A stretch of 26,836 nt of DNA from Candidatus Sulfobium sp. (GCA_037380845.1 JARRRI010000040.1:7779-34614); one strand, 5' to 3'; numbered from the stretch's first letter, positions 1 through 7,626 are shown. Notes: generated by a model not told the origin, from the letters alone. Numbers and translations: made by a program.

Positions 1-502
1 CATCCTTTCTTTCGGAGACCCACGCGACCGACTCCACATGGAGGGGATGAATACCGAATAGCAGGCCTGTTGTGAACGCAGTTACAAGAATACCGCTTTT
101 CGTCAGAAGGCCTGCTTCATTTGTCTTGCCGGCGGCGGCTTCAAGCAGCTTCACGAGGAGAAATACAACGAGAAAGGTATTTACGGAGTGGAGCAGCAAG
201 CTGGTCAAGTGATGCCCCGCTGGATTCAGCCCCCATATGCGGTAATCTACAGCATGCGAAAGCCAGGTCAGGGGATGCCAGTTGGCTGAGGTATGAAAAT
301 CCGTTAAAGCCCATTTGAAAAAACGGCCGTCGAGGGAGCGGATAAAGATATTCTCATAGACGTACAGGTTGTCATCCCAGTTGACAAAACCGTTCTGGAG
401 GGCCTTCAGGAAAATAATAAATGTAATACCCGCCGCCGAGAGGGCGACCAGAAATTCGGGGTTTCTTATCCTTCTTCGGATAGAAAGGAGCGGCGACGTC
501 AA
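1..502 (-). CDS. TMTC-like / TPR-associated membrane glycosyltransferase (GT-C fold), 5' part only; runs off the left edge
   Basis: Not in the ORF track. Manual translation of the minus strand gives an open frame from TTG at 502: ...LKALQNGFVNWDDNLYVYEN...ANWHPLTWLSHAVDYRIWGLNPAGHHLTSLLLHSVNT...LLFGIHPLHVESVAWVSERKD. These are hallmark motifs of bacterial TMTC-like proteins. Start codon uncertain. Confidence 0.85.
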   Translation of the reverse strand, partial: MTSPLLSIRRRIRNPEFLVALSAAGITFIIFLKALQNGFVNWDDNLYVYENIFIRSLDGRFFKWALTDFHTSANWHPLTWLSHAVDYRIWGLNPAGHHLTSLLLHSVNTFLVVFLLVKLLEAAAGKTNEAGLLTKSGILVTAFTTGLLFGIHPLHVESVAWVSERKD

Positions 503-538
503 AAGTCCGTCTCTACGAGTGAGTGTTTCATGGACCGT

Positions 539-964
539 TTAAAAAAACTTTATCCCTTTCAACAGGGATTCCCTGGCAATAACATAGGTGTTCTTTTTTT
601 CTATCCCCTTGAGGCGGATCGGACAGCAGCTGCCTATCCCTTCCTTTAACTCATCCAGGGGGTACTTCGCATTGCAGGAGCGGCACCTCATATCCCCTCC
701 GTCGGGATTAAATCCGAGCTTTCTCGGATAACATCGCGCGCATGCATTAAAGTAGGACTGAATTTCGCCATTTATCCTGACAATAAAAAAGCTCAGCTTC
801 TTGCCGTCGACTACGACCGAGTAGAATTCGGGCTGATTTTCCCTTACGCCGGTGATATCTATGCTTACGCTTTGCCCGTCAAATGGCAGGTCGTGGTAAG
901 GGATGCTCTTCGAGCATGAAAGCAGAAGCGTTGCCAGGACTGCAGGGATGATTAAAAACTTCAT
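539..964 (-). CDS. DUF2318-like Fe-S/metal-binding lipoprotein
   Basis: Lipobox-like LLSC after a hydrophobic N-terminus; FNACARC...MRCRSC...GSCCPIRL cysteine pattern typical of DUF2318. Confidence 0.75.
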   Translation of the reverse strand: MKFLIIPAVLATLLLSCSKSIPYHDLPFDGQSVSIDITGVRENQPEFYSVVVDGKKLSFFIVRINGEIQSYFNACARCYPRKLGFNPDGGDMRCRSCNAKYPLDELKEGIGSCCPIRLKGIEKKNTYVIARESLLKGIKFF

Positions 965-1089
965 TTAAAATTCTAGAATGTTTTGACCCTTTCCATCAAG
1001 CTTTCGAAGGGAATACATTCACAGAAGTTCACGCAAATCAGTAATTTTCGTTTCCGATGATTCTTCCGAACCAGAGTTATAAATTCAGG

Positions 1090-1123
1090 TTGACATCCGA
1101 AGAGACATGGCGCAGTATATAAT
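1090..1123 (+). promoter_or_regulatory. Putative sigma70 promoter for the 1124 ORF, possibly giving a leaderless mRNA
   Basis: TTGACA at 1090-1095; CAGTAT at 1113-1118 (17-nt spacer) and TATAAT at 1118-1123; no Shine-Dalgarno before ATG 1124/1127. Confidence 0.45.
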
Positions 1124-1411
1124 ATGATGAAAGTTGGAGCATTCCTGATTTTCGCTGTACTCGTTCTACCAATGACTTCTCCTTTATCCATATGTCCGCC
1201 TGTTTCATCTGATAGCAATAGCCACATTTTAACGCTCGATGTCTGTAACGCATCGGGTAGTGCGATATCTGTCAACGGCAGTATGCCTGCTATCCATGAA
1301 CGCCAGTGTAAGTCCTGTCTTTTGGAGTTCGACGGGTTTTACAGGATAGCAGACCCTCTCTTCATTCCTTTCTTTATCCCCTTTCAGCAGGACCGGCCTC
1401 CCAGAGTCTGA
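1124..1411 (+). CDS. Small exported/membrane protein with CxxC and C-terminal RPP; DUF2946/CruR/CutF-like leader peptide candidate
   Basis: Hydrophobic N-terminus, LDVC, CKSC, and Pro-rich tail PLFIPFFIPFQQDRPPRV; located directly upstream of the cytochrome operon. Confidence 0.65.
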   Translation: MMKVGAFLIFAVLVLPMTSPLSICPPVSSDSNSHILTLDVCNASGSAISVNGSMPAIHERQCKSCLLEFDGFYRIADPLFIPFFIPFQQDRPPRV

Positions 1412-1523
1412 ACCTCAGTCCCGGAGTTGCGATTCGCTGAGTTACTCTTCTTGATGGAAGGGCAGTCTGCCCGTCTGTTTGAGAAGCATCATTTACTTTA
1501 TTTTACTTTCTCCCCAAATACTC

Positions 1524-1571
1524 AGCTCCGCTTCGGAACACTTGACAAAAGCCGAAGCGGAGCTATTCTTT
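1524..1571 (+). promoter_or_regulatory. 13-bp perfect inverted repeat enclosing a -35 box; candidate promoter/operator and/or intrinsic terminator
   Basis: AGCTCCGCTTCGG (1524-1536) / CCGAAGCGGAGCT (1552-1564); TTGACA (1542-1547) in the loop; TATTCT at 1564-1569 (16-nt spacer); followed by ATTCTTT. Confidence 0.55.
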
Positions 1572-1632
1572 AACTGTATGTACTGCCCTCAGGGGGGATG
1601 TTCCGAGGCAAAAAGAATCTAAAGGAGGAGCA

Positions 1633-2991
1633 ATGAGAACAAAGAGGAGGACCAGATTTACCCTCGCCGTGATCAGCTTTCTCGGCATCGCCTGCGCGTT
1701 CGGCCTGGGTGGCACGCTCTTTGCGGCGGAAGCACCGGCATCCAGCGAGTGCATCAAATGTCATACCGACCTCAAAAAGATGGACCGTTATGGCGCCGCT
1801 TCCGCCGGAGGCGGCGCAGCGATAGCCGGTTGAGGCGTCTCCGCCCCTCAGGTGAGGGGCAGGGACACCTACGGTGTCGATAAGGACTATGTTGATTCCG
1901 TACATGGAAAAGTCGGGTGTATCAACTGCCATAAAGGAAAGAACGTTTCCGACAAGGACAAGGCCCACGAGGGGCTGGTGAAAGACCCGTCTGAAGAAGA
2001 CGGCGGCGGGGTTTGCAGACAGTGTCATGGGGACATAACCTCCACATACAAGAATGCCATGCATTATAACCTTACGGGCATCAAGGACATCGTCGGCACC
2101 CTTATTTCTCCGCATAAGATGAAAGATACCCTTCTGCCGGCTGCCTGGAAGCTGGACTGCGCCAATTGCCACGCCAGTTGCGGCAGCTGCCATGTGGCAT
2201 GGCCCAAGGTGGCCGAGGGCGGACTTCTCAACCGTCACCACTTCGAAAAGAACCCGCCCATGGAGAAAACATGCTATGCCTGCCACGGCTCCCGTTTCGC
2301 CGGTGAATATATGGGACTCCTTGGTCCCAGCCCGGACGTGCATTATGAAAAATACCAGATGGTCTGCACCGACTGCCACAAGGGCTCCGAACTGCATCAC
2401 ACAATGCCGGAAGGCGTCAAGCGTTACTATGCCACGGAGACGCCCCGCTGCGAACAGTGTCATGCGGATGTCGTCTCAGGGAGATCGGAAGTGGCAATGC
2501 ACAATGCGCACAAGAAAAATGAGCTGTCCTGCACTGTCTGCCACGCTACCGAGTACTTCAATTGCACCAACTGTCACGTATCTCTGGACGTCAAGGAGGC
2601 CGGAAACATAAAGGTGATCTTTCCGTCCGACCCTCTTTCAACCTTTAAGATCGGCAGGAATATCGACCGGAGCCCCGGCAATCCCTATGCATACAACCTC
2701 GTCCGTCATACACCGATGAAGAAGGACTCTCTCGCGTCTCTGCGCTATTTTCAAGCCGTTTTGACCGGAAAGCCGGGCCCGGAAGACCTGATTTCCAACT
2801 ATGACGCCCTTCCCACGTGGAATTCTGCTTCAATTCACACGATCCAGCGCAGGACAAAACAGAACAGTTCCTGCAATGCCTGTCACGGACACAGGGGGCT
2901 CTTTCTGACAAAGGATGACCTGGAGCCCGGCGACCCCGAGGCAAACCTCAAGGTAATAGTCAACGAGATTCCGCCGAGGATAAAGAAATGA
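1633..2991 (+). CDS. Exported multiheme cytochrome c with 11 CxxCH motifs; probable selenoprotein (UGA at 1831-1833 = Sec67), 452 aa
   Basis: SD AAGGAGGAG before ATG 1633; signal peptide; ORFs 1633-1833 and 1852-2991 share a frame and are separated only by TGA plus 6 sense codons. Motifs: CIKCH, CINCH, CRQCH, CANCH, CGSCH, CYACH, CTDCH, CEQCH, CTVCH, CTNCH, CNACH. SECIS-like hairpin directly after the TGA. Confidence 0.85.
1834..1869 (+). promoter_or_regulatory. Bacterial SECIS-like element
   Basis: GG-C-GTCTC-C-GCCCCTC-[AGGT]-GAGGGGC-A-GGGAC-A-CC. Perfect 7-bp apical stem plus lower stem; loop starts 16 nt after the UGA, with G at loop position 2. Confidence 0.8.
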
Positions 2992-3029
2992 CCGGGCCCG
3001 TAAAGTCAGATAACCGAAGGAGGAACTTC

Positions 3030-3986
3030 ATGAAAAGGAATTTGATACAGTCCGTTATAATATCGCTGCTTGTAGCGGTGACGGCACTGGTCTCGGCACC
3101 GGCGGCGTCGGCTGCGGGCGTCGACCACCTGGTGAGCACGGAGTGGCTGGCCAAAAATCTGGGTACTCCCGGTATGGTGATCGTCGATGTGAGAACCAAG
3201 GCCAACTACGATTTCGGTCACCTCCCGGGCGCCGTGAGCATGGCATACTCGGGATGGGAGCCTTACAACAAGAAGACACGATGCCAGATGATGCCCTCCG
3301 CGGCCGACATGACGGCCATGCTCAGAAAACTGGGCGTGAACCGGTCGTCCCGTGTCGTTATTTATGATGCGGGGAACACCACCCTTGATGCGACTCAGGG
3401 AGGTGCTGCGGTCTGGATAATGGAGTCCATGGGACATGAAAATGTTTCCTACCTCGACGGCGGGTTTACCAAATGGACATTCGAAGGCCGGATAATAGAC
3501 AAGAAAAAACCGGACATAAAGCCCGGAAATTTCATGGCAAAACTCGACAAAAGCAAGGTGGCCACTCTAAAGGATGTTATTGCCAATCTGAAAACGAAGA
3601 AGGCGATTCTTCTCGATGACAGGAGTGCGGTGCAACATTTCGGCATAGAAAAGCGGCCCGATGTTGTCAGGTACGGACACATTCCGGACTCGCTCAACTT
3701 CCCCATTGATTTCATGACGAATGCCGGGATAAACCGTGCTCCGGCGACCATAAAAAGCAGAAAAGAGCTCGATGCCATGGCGGAGGGAGTGGGCCTTCCA
3801 GCCGACAGGAATACGAAGATCATTGTCTACTGCAACAGCGCCCAGCAGGCGGGAATGGGTTATTTTATCCTCCGTGATATCATGGGGTACAGAAATGTTA
3901 AGGCATATGACGGGTCGATGCTCGAATATGCCCAGGATAAAAAGCTGCCTCTGGTCAGGTTCGCATGGGGTTTCGTTACCAGGTAG
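3030..3986 (+). CDS. Exported tandem-domain rhodanese/sulfurtransferase (SseA-like), catalytic Cys present
   Basis: SD AGGAGG before ATG 3030, preferred over 2988. Signal peptide ending APAASA; LVSTEWL, GHLPGA, LDGGF, GHIPDS, YCNSAQQA active-site loop, YDGSMLEY C-terminal signature. Confidence 0.9.
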   Translation: MKRNLIQSVIISLLVAVTALVSAPAASAAGVDHLVSTEWLAKNLGTPGMVIVDVRTKANYDFGHLPGAVSMAYSGWEPYNKKTRCQMMPSAADMTAMLRKLGVNRSSRVVIYDAGNTTLDATQGGAAVWIMESMGHENVSYLDGGFTKWTFEGRIIDKKKPDIKPGNFMAKLDKSKVATLKDVIANLKTKKAILLDDRSAVQHFGIEKRPDVVRYGHIPDSLNFPIDFMTNAGINRAPATIKSRKELDAMAEGVGLPADRNTKIIVYCNSAQQAGMGYFILRDIMGYRNVKAYDGSMLEYAQDKKLPLVRFAWGFVTR

Positions 3987-4019
3987 AAAGACCATATTTC
4001 CAAATACCATGGAGGAAAC

Positions 4020-4976
4020 ATGATGATGAATACATACAAGGTCAGACTGATTGCCTTTTTTGCCGCCGTGATTTTGGTTGTGAGCGCATCAGGCGCGACG
4101 GCGGCCGGGAAGGCAAAGCTGGTGAGCGTCGATTGGCTTGCCAGGAACCTCAGGACGCCCAATGTTGTGATACTCGATGTCGGGGCGTTTACCCAATATG
4201 AAAGGAGCCATGTGCCGGGCGCCGTTAGGGCCTTCGGCCCCTGGCAGACGATGAACGACCAATTTGTGGGTTTCATGATGCGGGATGTTGAGGACCTCGT
4301 CCGGATGCTTCGGAATTACGGCGTAAACAACAGCTCTTACGTAATTGTCTATGACGAAGGGGTGACGGCCCAGGACACCGCCAAGAGCGCAAGGGTCCTC
4401 TGGACGCTGCATGCCCTGGGGCATGACAGGGTGGCGATACTCGACGGCGGTTTTGCTGCCTGGAAACAGAAAGGCAAGAAAGTCTCCACTAAGGCTACCG
4501 TACCCCGGCCGGGAGATTTCACCGGCAAGCTTATAAAGTCCAAACTGGCCACCATGGACGAAGTTAAAGAAGCGCTGCGTTCGTCGGGAGCGGTTTTTGT
4601 GGATGATCGCCTTCCGGAGGAGGACTTCGGCCACGAAAAGAAAAGCTATATAAAACGGTACGGCCACCTTCCGGGATCAAGGTTGTGGCCGGCGGACTTC
4701 ATGACGAACGCCGGGATCGAGTTTTCCCCCTCCTTTATGAGGGATACGACGGAGCTGAAACAGATGGCGAAGGGGATAGGCATCCCGGCGGACAAGAACG
4801 TCGAGATTATAACCTATAGCACCCGCGGAATTCAGGCCGCCATGGGCTACTACGTTCTGCACGACCTGCTGGGTTATAAGAATGTTAAACTTTTTGACGG
4901 CTCCATCCTCGAAGCAGCGGCAGACAAGAGCGTGCCCATGAATACAAACGGATGGGGATACAAGAAGAAGATGTAG
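4020..4976 (+). CDS. Exported tandem-domain rhodanese paralog with Ser at the catalytic position
   Basis: SD GGAGG; signal peptide; LVSVDWL, HVPGA, LDGGF, GHLPGS, FDGSILE; the active-site loop reads YSTRGIQA. Confidence 0.9.
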   Translation: MMMNTYKVRLIAFFAAVILVVSASGATAAGKAKLVSVDWLARNLRTPNVVILDVGAFTQYERSHVPGAVRAFGPWQTMNDQFVGFMMRDVEDLVRMLRNYGVNNSSYVIVYDEGVTAQDTAKSARVLWTLHALGHDRVAILDGGFAAWKQKGKKVSTKATVPRPGDFTGKLIKSKLATMDEVKEALRSSGAVFVDDRLPEEDFGHEKKSYIKRYGHLPGSRLWPADFMTNAGIEFSPSFMRDTTELKQMAKGIGIPADKNVEIITYSTRGIQAAMGYYVLHDLLGYKNVKLFDGSILEAAADKSVPMNTNGWGYKKKM

Positions 4977-5009
4977 TCCCCGGCGTAGGAAGCAAAAGAA
5001 TTATCTTGG

Positions 5010-5038
5010 GGAAGCCCGCTCCTTTCAGGCGGGCTTCC
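5010..5038 (+). terminator. Hairpin closing the cytochrome-rhodanese operon
   Basis: GGAAGCCCGC (5010-5019) / GCGGGCTTCC (5029-5038), 10-bp stem; no strong U-tract. Confidence 0.5.
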
Positions 5039-5326
5039 TCACTTGGCCGACATTATTCATGGGCTTCAAATTCCATTCTCCGGGCCGGTCTGCTCCGCCG
5101 GGTGGGATGTATTTTGGGAGTCGCTTCGCTCAGACAGCCTGCAATTCCTGATGCGTCCCCTCGGTCACAGATTTGAAATTTAGAAAAGAAGTGAAACCCG
5201 ACCCCGCCAAAAGTCTGCATAGTTGCACCATTTTCATGTGAACTTCCTCCGGACTTAATCACAGACTGAGCTTTTTTTACTTTTTCCGTGCCGATAAGAT
5301 AGAATTCCAGTAAGGAATCTCTCTTA

Positions 5327-7210
5327 ATGGGCCGGAATAAAAGCGTTGAAACTGTTCCCCGCGAAGCAAAGAATGATCGCAATTCGCCGGCAAGCCTGGT
5401 TATCCTCCTGCTCCTTAATACGGGCCTCTCTGTCGCGATCGGCACGGGGTTCCTCCGCTATGGAGGCGACAAGGGGCCACTCGAAATATTGCAGTTTGCC
5501 GCGAACTTCATCGCCCTTAACCTCGCGGTCTCCCTTATTGCATTGATCATCGGTCTTCCATTCGGGCGGTGGAAAAAGTACGCCTGGCTTGCCCTTTTCG
5601 GGCTGCTCCAGGTCTTTCTTTTTGCCGATCTGAAGGTCTACGAGCTTTTCCGTTTTCATATAAACTCCCTGGTCTGGAACATGGTGACGACCGAGGGGGT
5701 GTCGGATTCCGTGATAGTGGGGACGTCCACCTATCTGTATGCCGTGACGGCCATTGCCGTGATTTTTTTCATCGAATGGCTGTTGGTCTATTTTTCGTCG
5801 AGGGCCTCCGGGGCTTTTGGAACAAGGCTGAAGGTGGCTGTAATAATAATATTTGGTCTTTCCATTGTGGCCGACAAAATGGTCTTTGCCTTCGGCGAGT
5901 TGTATAATATCCAGCCCATTACCAGGGCCGAAAGGCTTTATCCCCTTTACCAGCCGCTTAACGCGGAGCGCACGCTCTCACGTCTTCTCCACATCAAAGT
6001 CTCCGAACAGGAAAGGCTGCGGTCGGCTCCCCAGGGACATGGGAACCTTCTCCATTACCCGAAAAAACCTCTCGTGAGGGTGGGCGATAAAAGGGACCTT
6101 CCCAACGTAGTGCTGATCGCGGTGGAAGGTTTCAGGTTTGACATGCTCAACCCGAGCGTTACCCCCAACCTTTGGAAATTCGGCAGGGAGAATGTGATCT
6201 TTACCGACCATTACAGCGGTGGAAACGGTTCGAGGGCCGGGGTGTTCTCTTTACTCTATGGGCTCCAGGCCTCTTACTGGCACGATTTCCTGATTGAAAG
6301 AAGGTCCCCCGTCCTCATAGACTCTCTCATGTCTCTTGGATACCGCTTCAAAATACTTTCTGCCACGCGTCTCACATTCCCGGAATTCCGAAAGACGGCT
6401 TTCGTGAAGATACCGGAAGACATAGAAGACGAGCTGCAGGCAAAAGGCGGGGCCGGCAGGGACAGGGTGCTCGCCGAAAGGTTTATCGATTTCATTTCAA
6501 AGGGGGATGCGTCGAGGCCCTTTTTCTCGTTCATGTTTTTTAATGCATCGCATCAGCCTTACGCCTACCCAAAGGTATTTGAAAAGTTTACACCGGCTGC
6601 CCCCCCGGAGATAAATTATGTCGGTGAGGTGAAGAAGGCCAATGCGGCCCTGCTGAGGAACAGGTACAAGAACGCCCTCCACTATGACGATTCCCTCTTT
6701 GGAAGGATATTTTCGGCCCTTCGTGAGAAAGGCGTGCTTGACAATACGATAGTTATTGTAACGGGGGACCATGGAGAGGAGTTTTTCGAGCAGGGCTATT
6801 TCGGACATACGAGCTCTTTTGACGACTACGAGACAAAGACCGCCTTTGTAGTTCATATGCCGGGTGACAGGTATAAGGGGATGGAAGTGCGTAAACTTAC
6901 CAGTCACCTCGATGTCGTCCCCACCATAATGAAGGCCCTCGGCTATACCAACGATCCCTCGGACTACGCCGATGGCATCCCGCTTTTCGATGAGAGGGAG
7001 CATCCTTATGTATTTTCCGCCGGGTGGGACAGGCTCTGCATGATAGACAAGAACGTCAAGGTGGTCTTCGGCACGCAGACGTACAGAGGCACATTTGATG
7101 TGCTGGACTCAAGGACCTACAAGCCCGAGCCCGATGCGGACAGGATACTTAAGGCGAAAAAGGGCGAGATATCGGACGTCTTGAGAAGAATGTCCGCTTT
7201 CTACAAGTGA
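5327..7210 (+). CDS. Inner-membrane sulfatase-fold protein, YejM/PbgA (DUF3413) family-like
   Basis: About 5 N-terminal TM segments with YELFRFHINSLV and PLYQPL; PNVVLIAVEGFRFD, HYSGGNGSRAGVFSLLYGL, TGDHGEEF, TSHLDVVPT. Confidence 0.85.
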   Translation: MGRNKSVETVPREAKNDRNSPASLVILLLLNTGLSVAIGTGFLRYGGDKGPLEILQFAANFIALNLAVSLIALIIGLPFGRWKKYAWLALFGLLQVFLFADLKVYELFRFHINSLVWNMVTTEGVSDSVIVGTSTYLYAVTAIAVIFFIEWLLVYFSSRASGAFGTRLKVAVIIIFGLSIVADKMVFAFGELYNIQPITRAERLYPLYQPLNAERTLSRLLHIKVSEQERLRSAPQGHGNLLHYPKKPLVRVGDKRDLPNVVLIAVEGFRFDMLNPSVTPNLWKFGRENVIFTDHYSGGNGSRAGVFSLLYGLQASYWHDFLIERRSPVLIDSLMSLGYRFKILSATRLTFPEFRKTAFVKIPEDIEDELQAKGGAGRDRVLAERFIDFISKGDASRPFFSFMFFNASHQPYAYPKVFEKFTPAAPPEINYVGEVKKANAALLRNRYKNALHYDDSLFGRIFSALREKGVLDNTIVIVTGDHGEEFFEQGYFGHTSSFDDYETKTAFVVHMPGDRYKGMEVRKLTSHLDVVPTIMKALGYTNDPSDYADGIPLFDEREHPYVFSAGWDRLCMIDKNVKVVFGTQTYRGTFDVLDSRTYKPEPDADRILKAKKGEISDVLRRMSAFYK

Positions 7211-7243
7211 GGGCCGGAGCGCTTATCTTAAGGATTATTGAAA

Positions 7244-7522
7244 GCGCCGCTTCGATAAGACTGACATTGCGGAACAGCCTGGGAGAGATATCGAAAAAGT
7301 CCTGTAATGACGACATGATTCTATTTATCTTCCACATGAATGAGGATCTGATGTTAGCTGACCTCCAGAAAAGGGATGGCAAGCCACTCTACAGGGCTCT
7401 AAGGTGTGGCTACAGGACATTTTTCGGTGTCTCTTCCGGGTTCTGGAGGATTTTCTTTGCAGTTGTAATGTCAAACTTCCCCGACTTCCCCTGCCGCAAT
7501 GTTTCATCAAGGCCGGCGGCGC
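7244..7522 (+). other. Large intergenic structured element (candidate ncRNA or MITE-like repeat)
   Basis: 31-bp helix 7276-7306 / 7411-7442 with 5 G-U pairs, one bulge and no mismatches; nested outer helices. Confidence 0.55.
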
Positions 7523-7538
7523 AACCCGTCAATATTTA

Positions 7539-7568
7539 TTGAAACAAAAAAATAGTATCATGTATGAT
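7539..7568 (+). promoter_or_regulatory. Putative sigma70 promoter of the thrS operon
   Basis: TTGAAA (7539-7544), 18-nt spacer, TATGAT (7563-7568), in an AT-rich tract; a second TATAAT at 7586-7591. Confidence 0.5.
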
Positions 7569-7626
7569 ATTCAGTACTTTTACGTTATAATCTAATTGCT
7601 GTTTTAAAGAAATTTAACAGGAGGTT

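Noticed and set aside
61..115. Inverted repeat GCAGGCCT...AGGCCTGC
   Set aside because: It lies inside the minus-strand TMTC-like coding frame; 8 bp is compatible with chance.
499..531. Minus-strand ATG 531 followed by TGA after 10 codons, as a second possible Sec read-through
   Set aside because: It is in a different frame from the glycosyltransferase motifs, and there is no SECIS-like hairpin.
1852..2991. Stand-alone 379-aa decaheme cytochrome starting at GTG 1852
   Set aside because: No SD, no signal peptide, and the GTG is buried in the SECIS-like hairpin; better explained as the continuation of 1633.
7420..7500. Cobalamin-riboswitch-like words on the minus strand (GGGAAGTCGG...CAACTGCAA) and a possible T-box upstream of thrS
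   Set aside because: Core elements are incomplete, the minus orientation has no downstream gene, G-U pairs favour the + strand, and there is no T-box GGTGGNACCGCG motif.
7207..7542. 111-aa ORF upstream of thrS
   Set aside because: No recognisable motifs; it coincides with a long inverted-repeat structure, so it is probably spurious.
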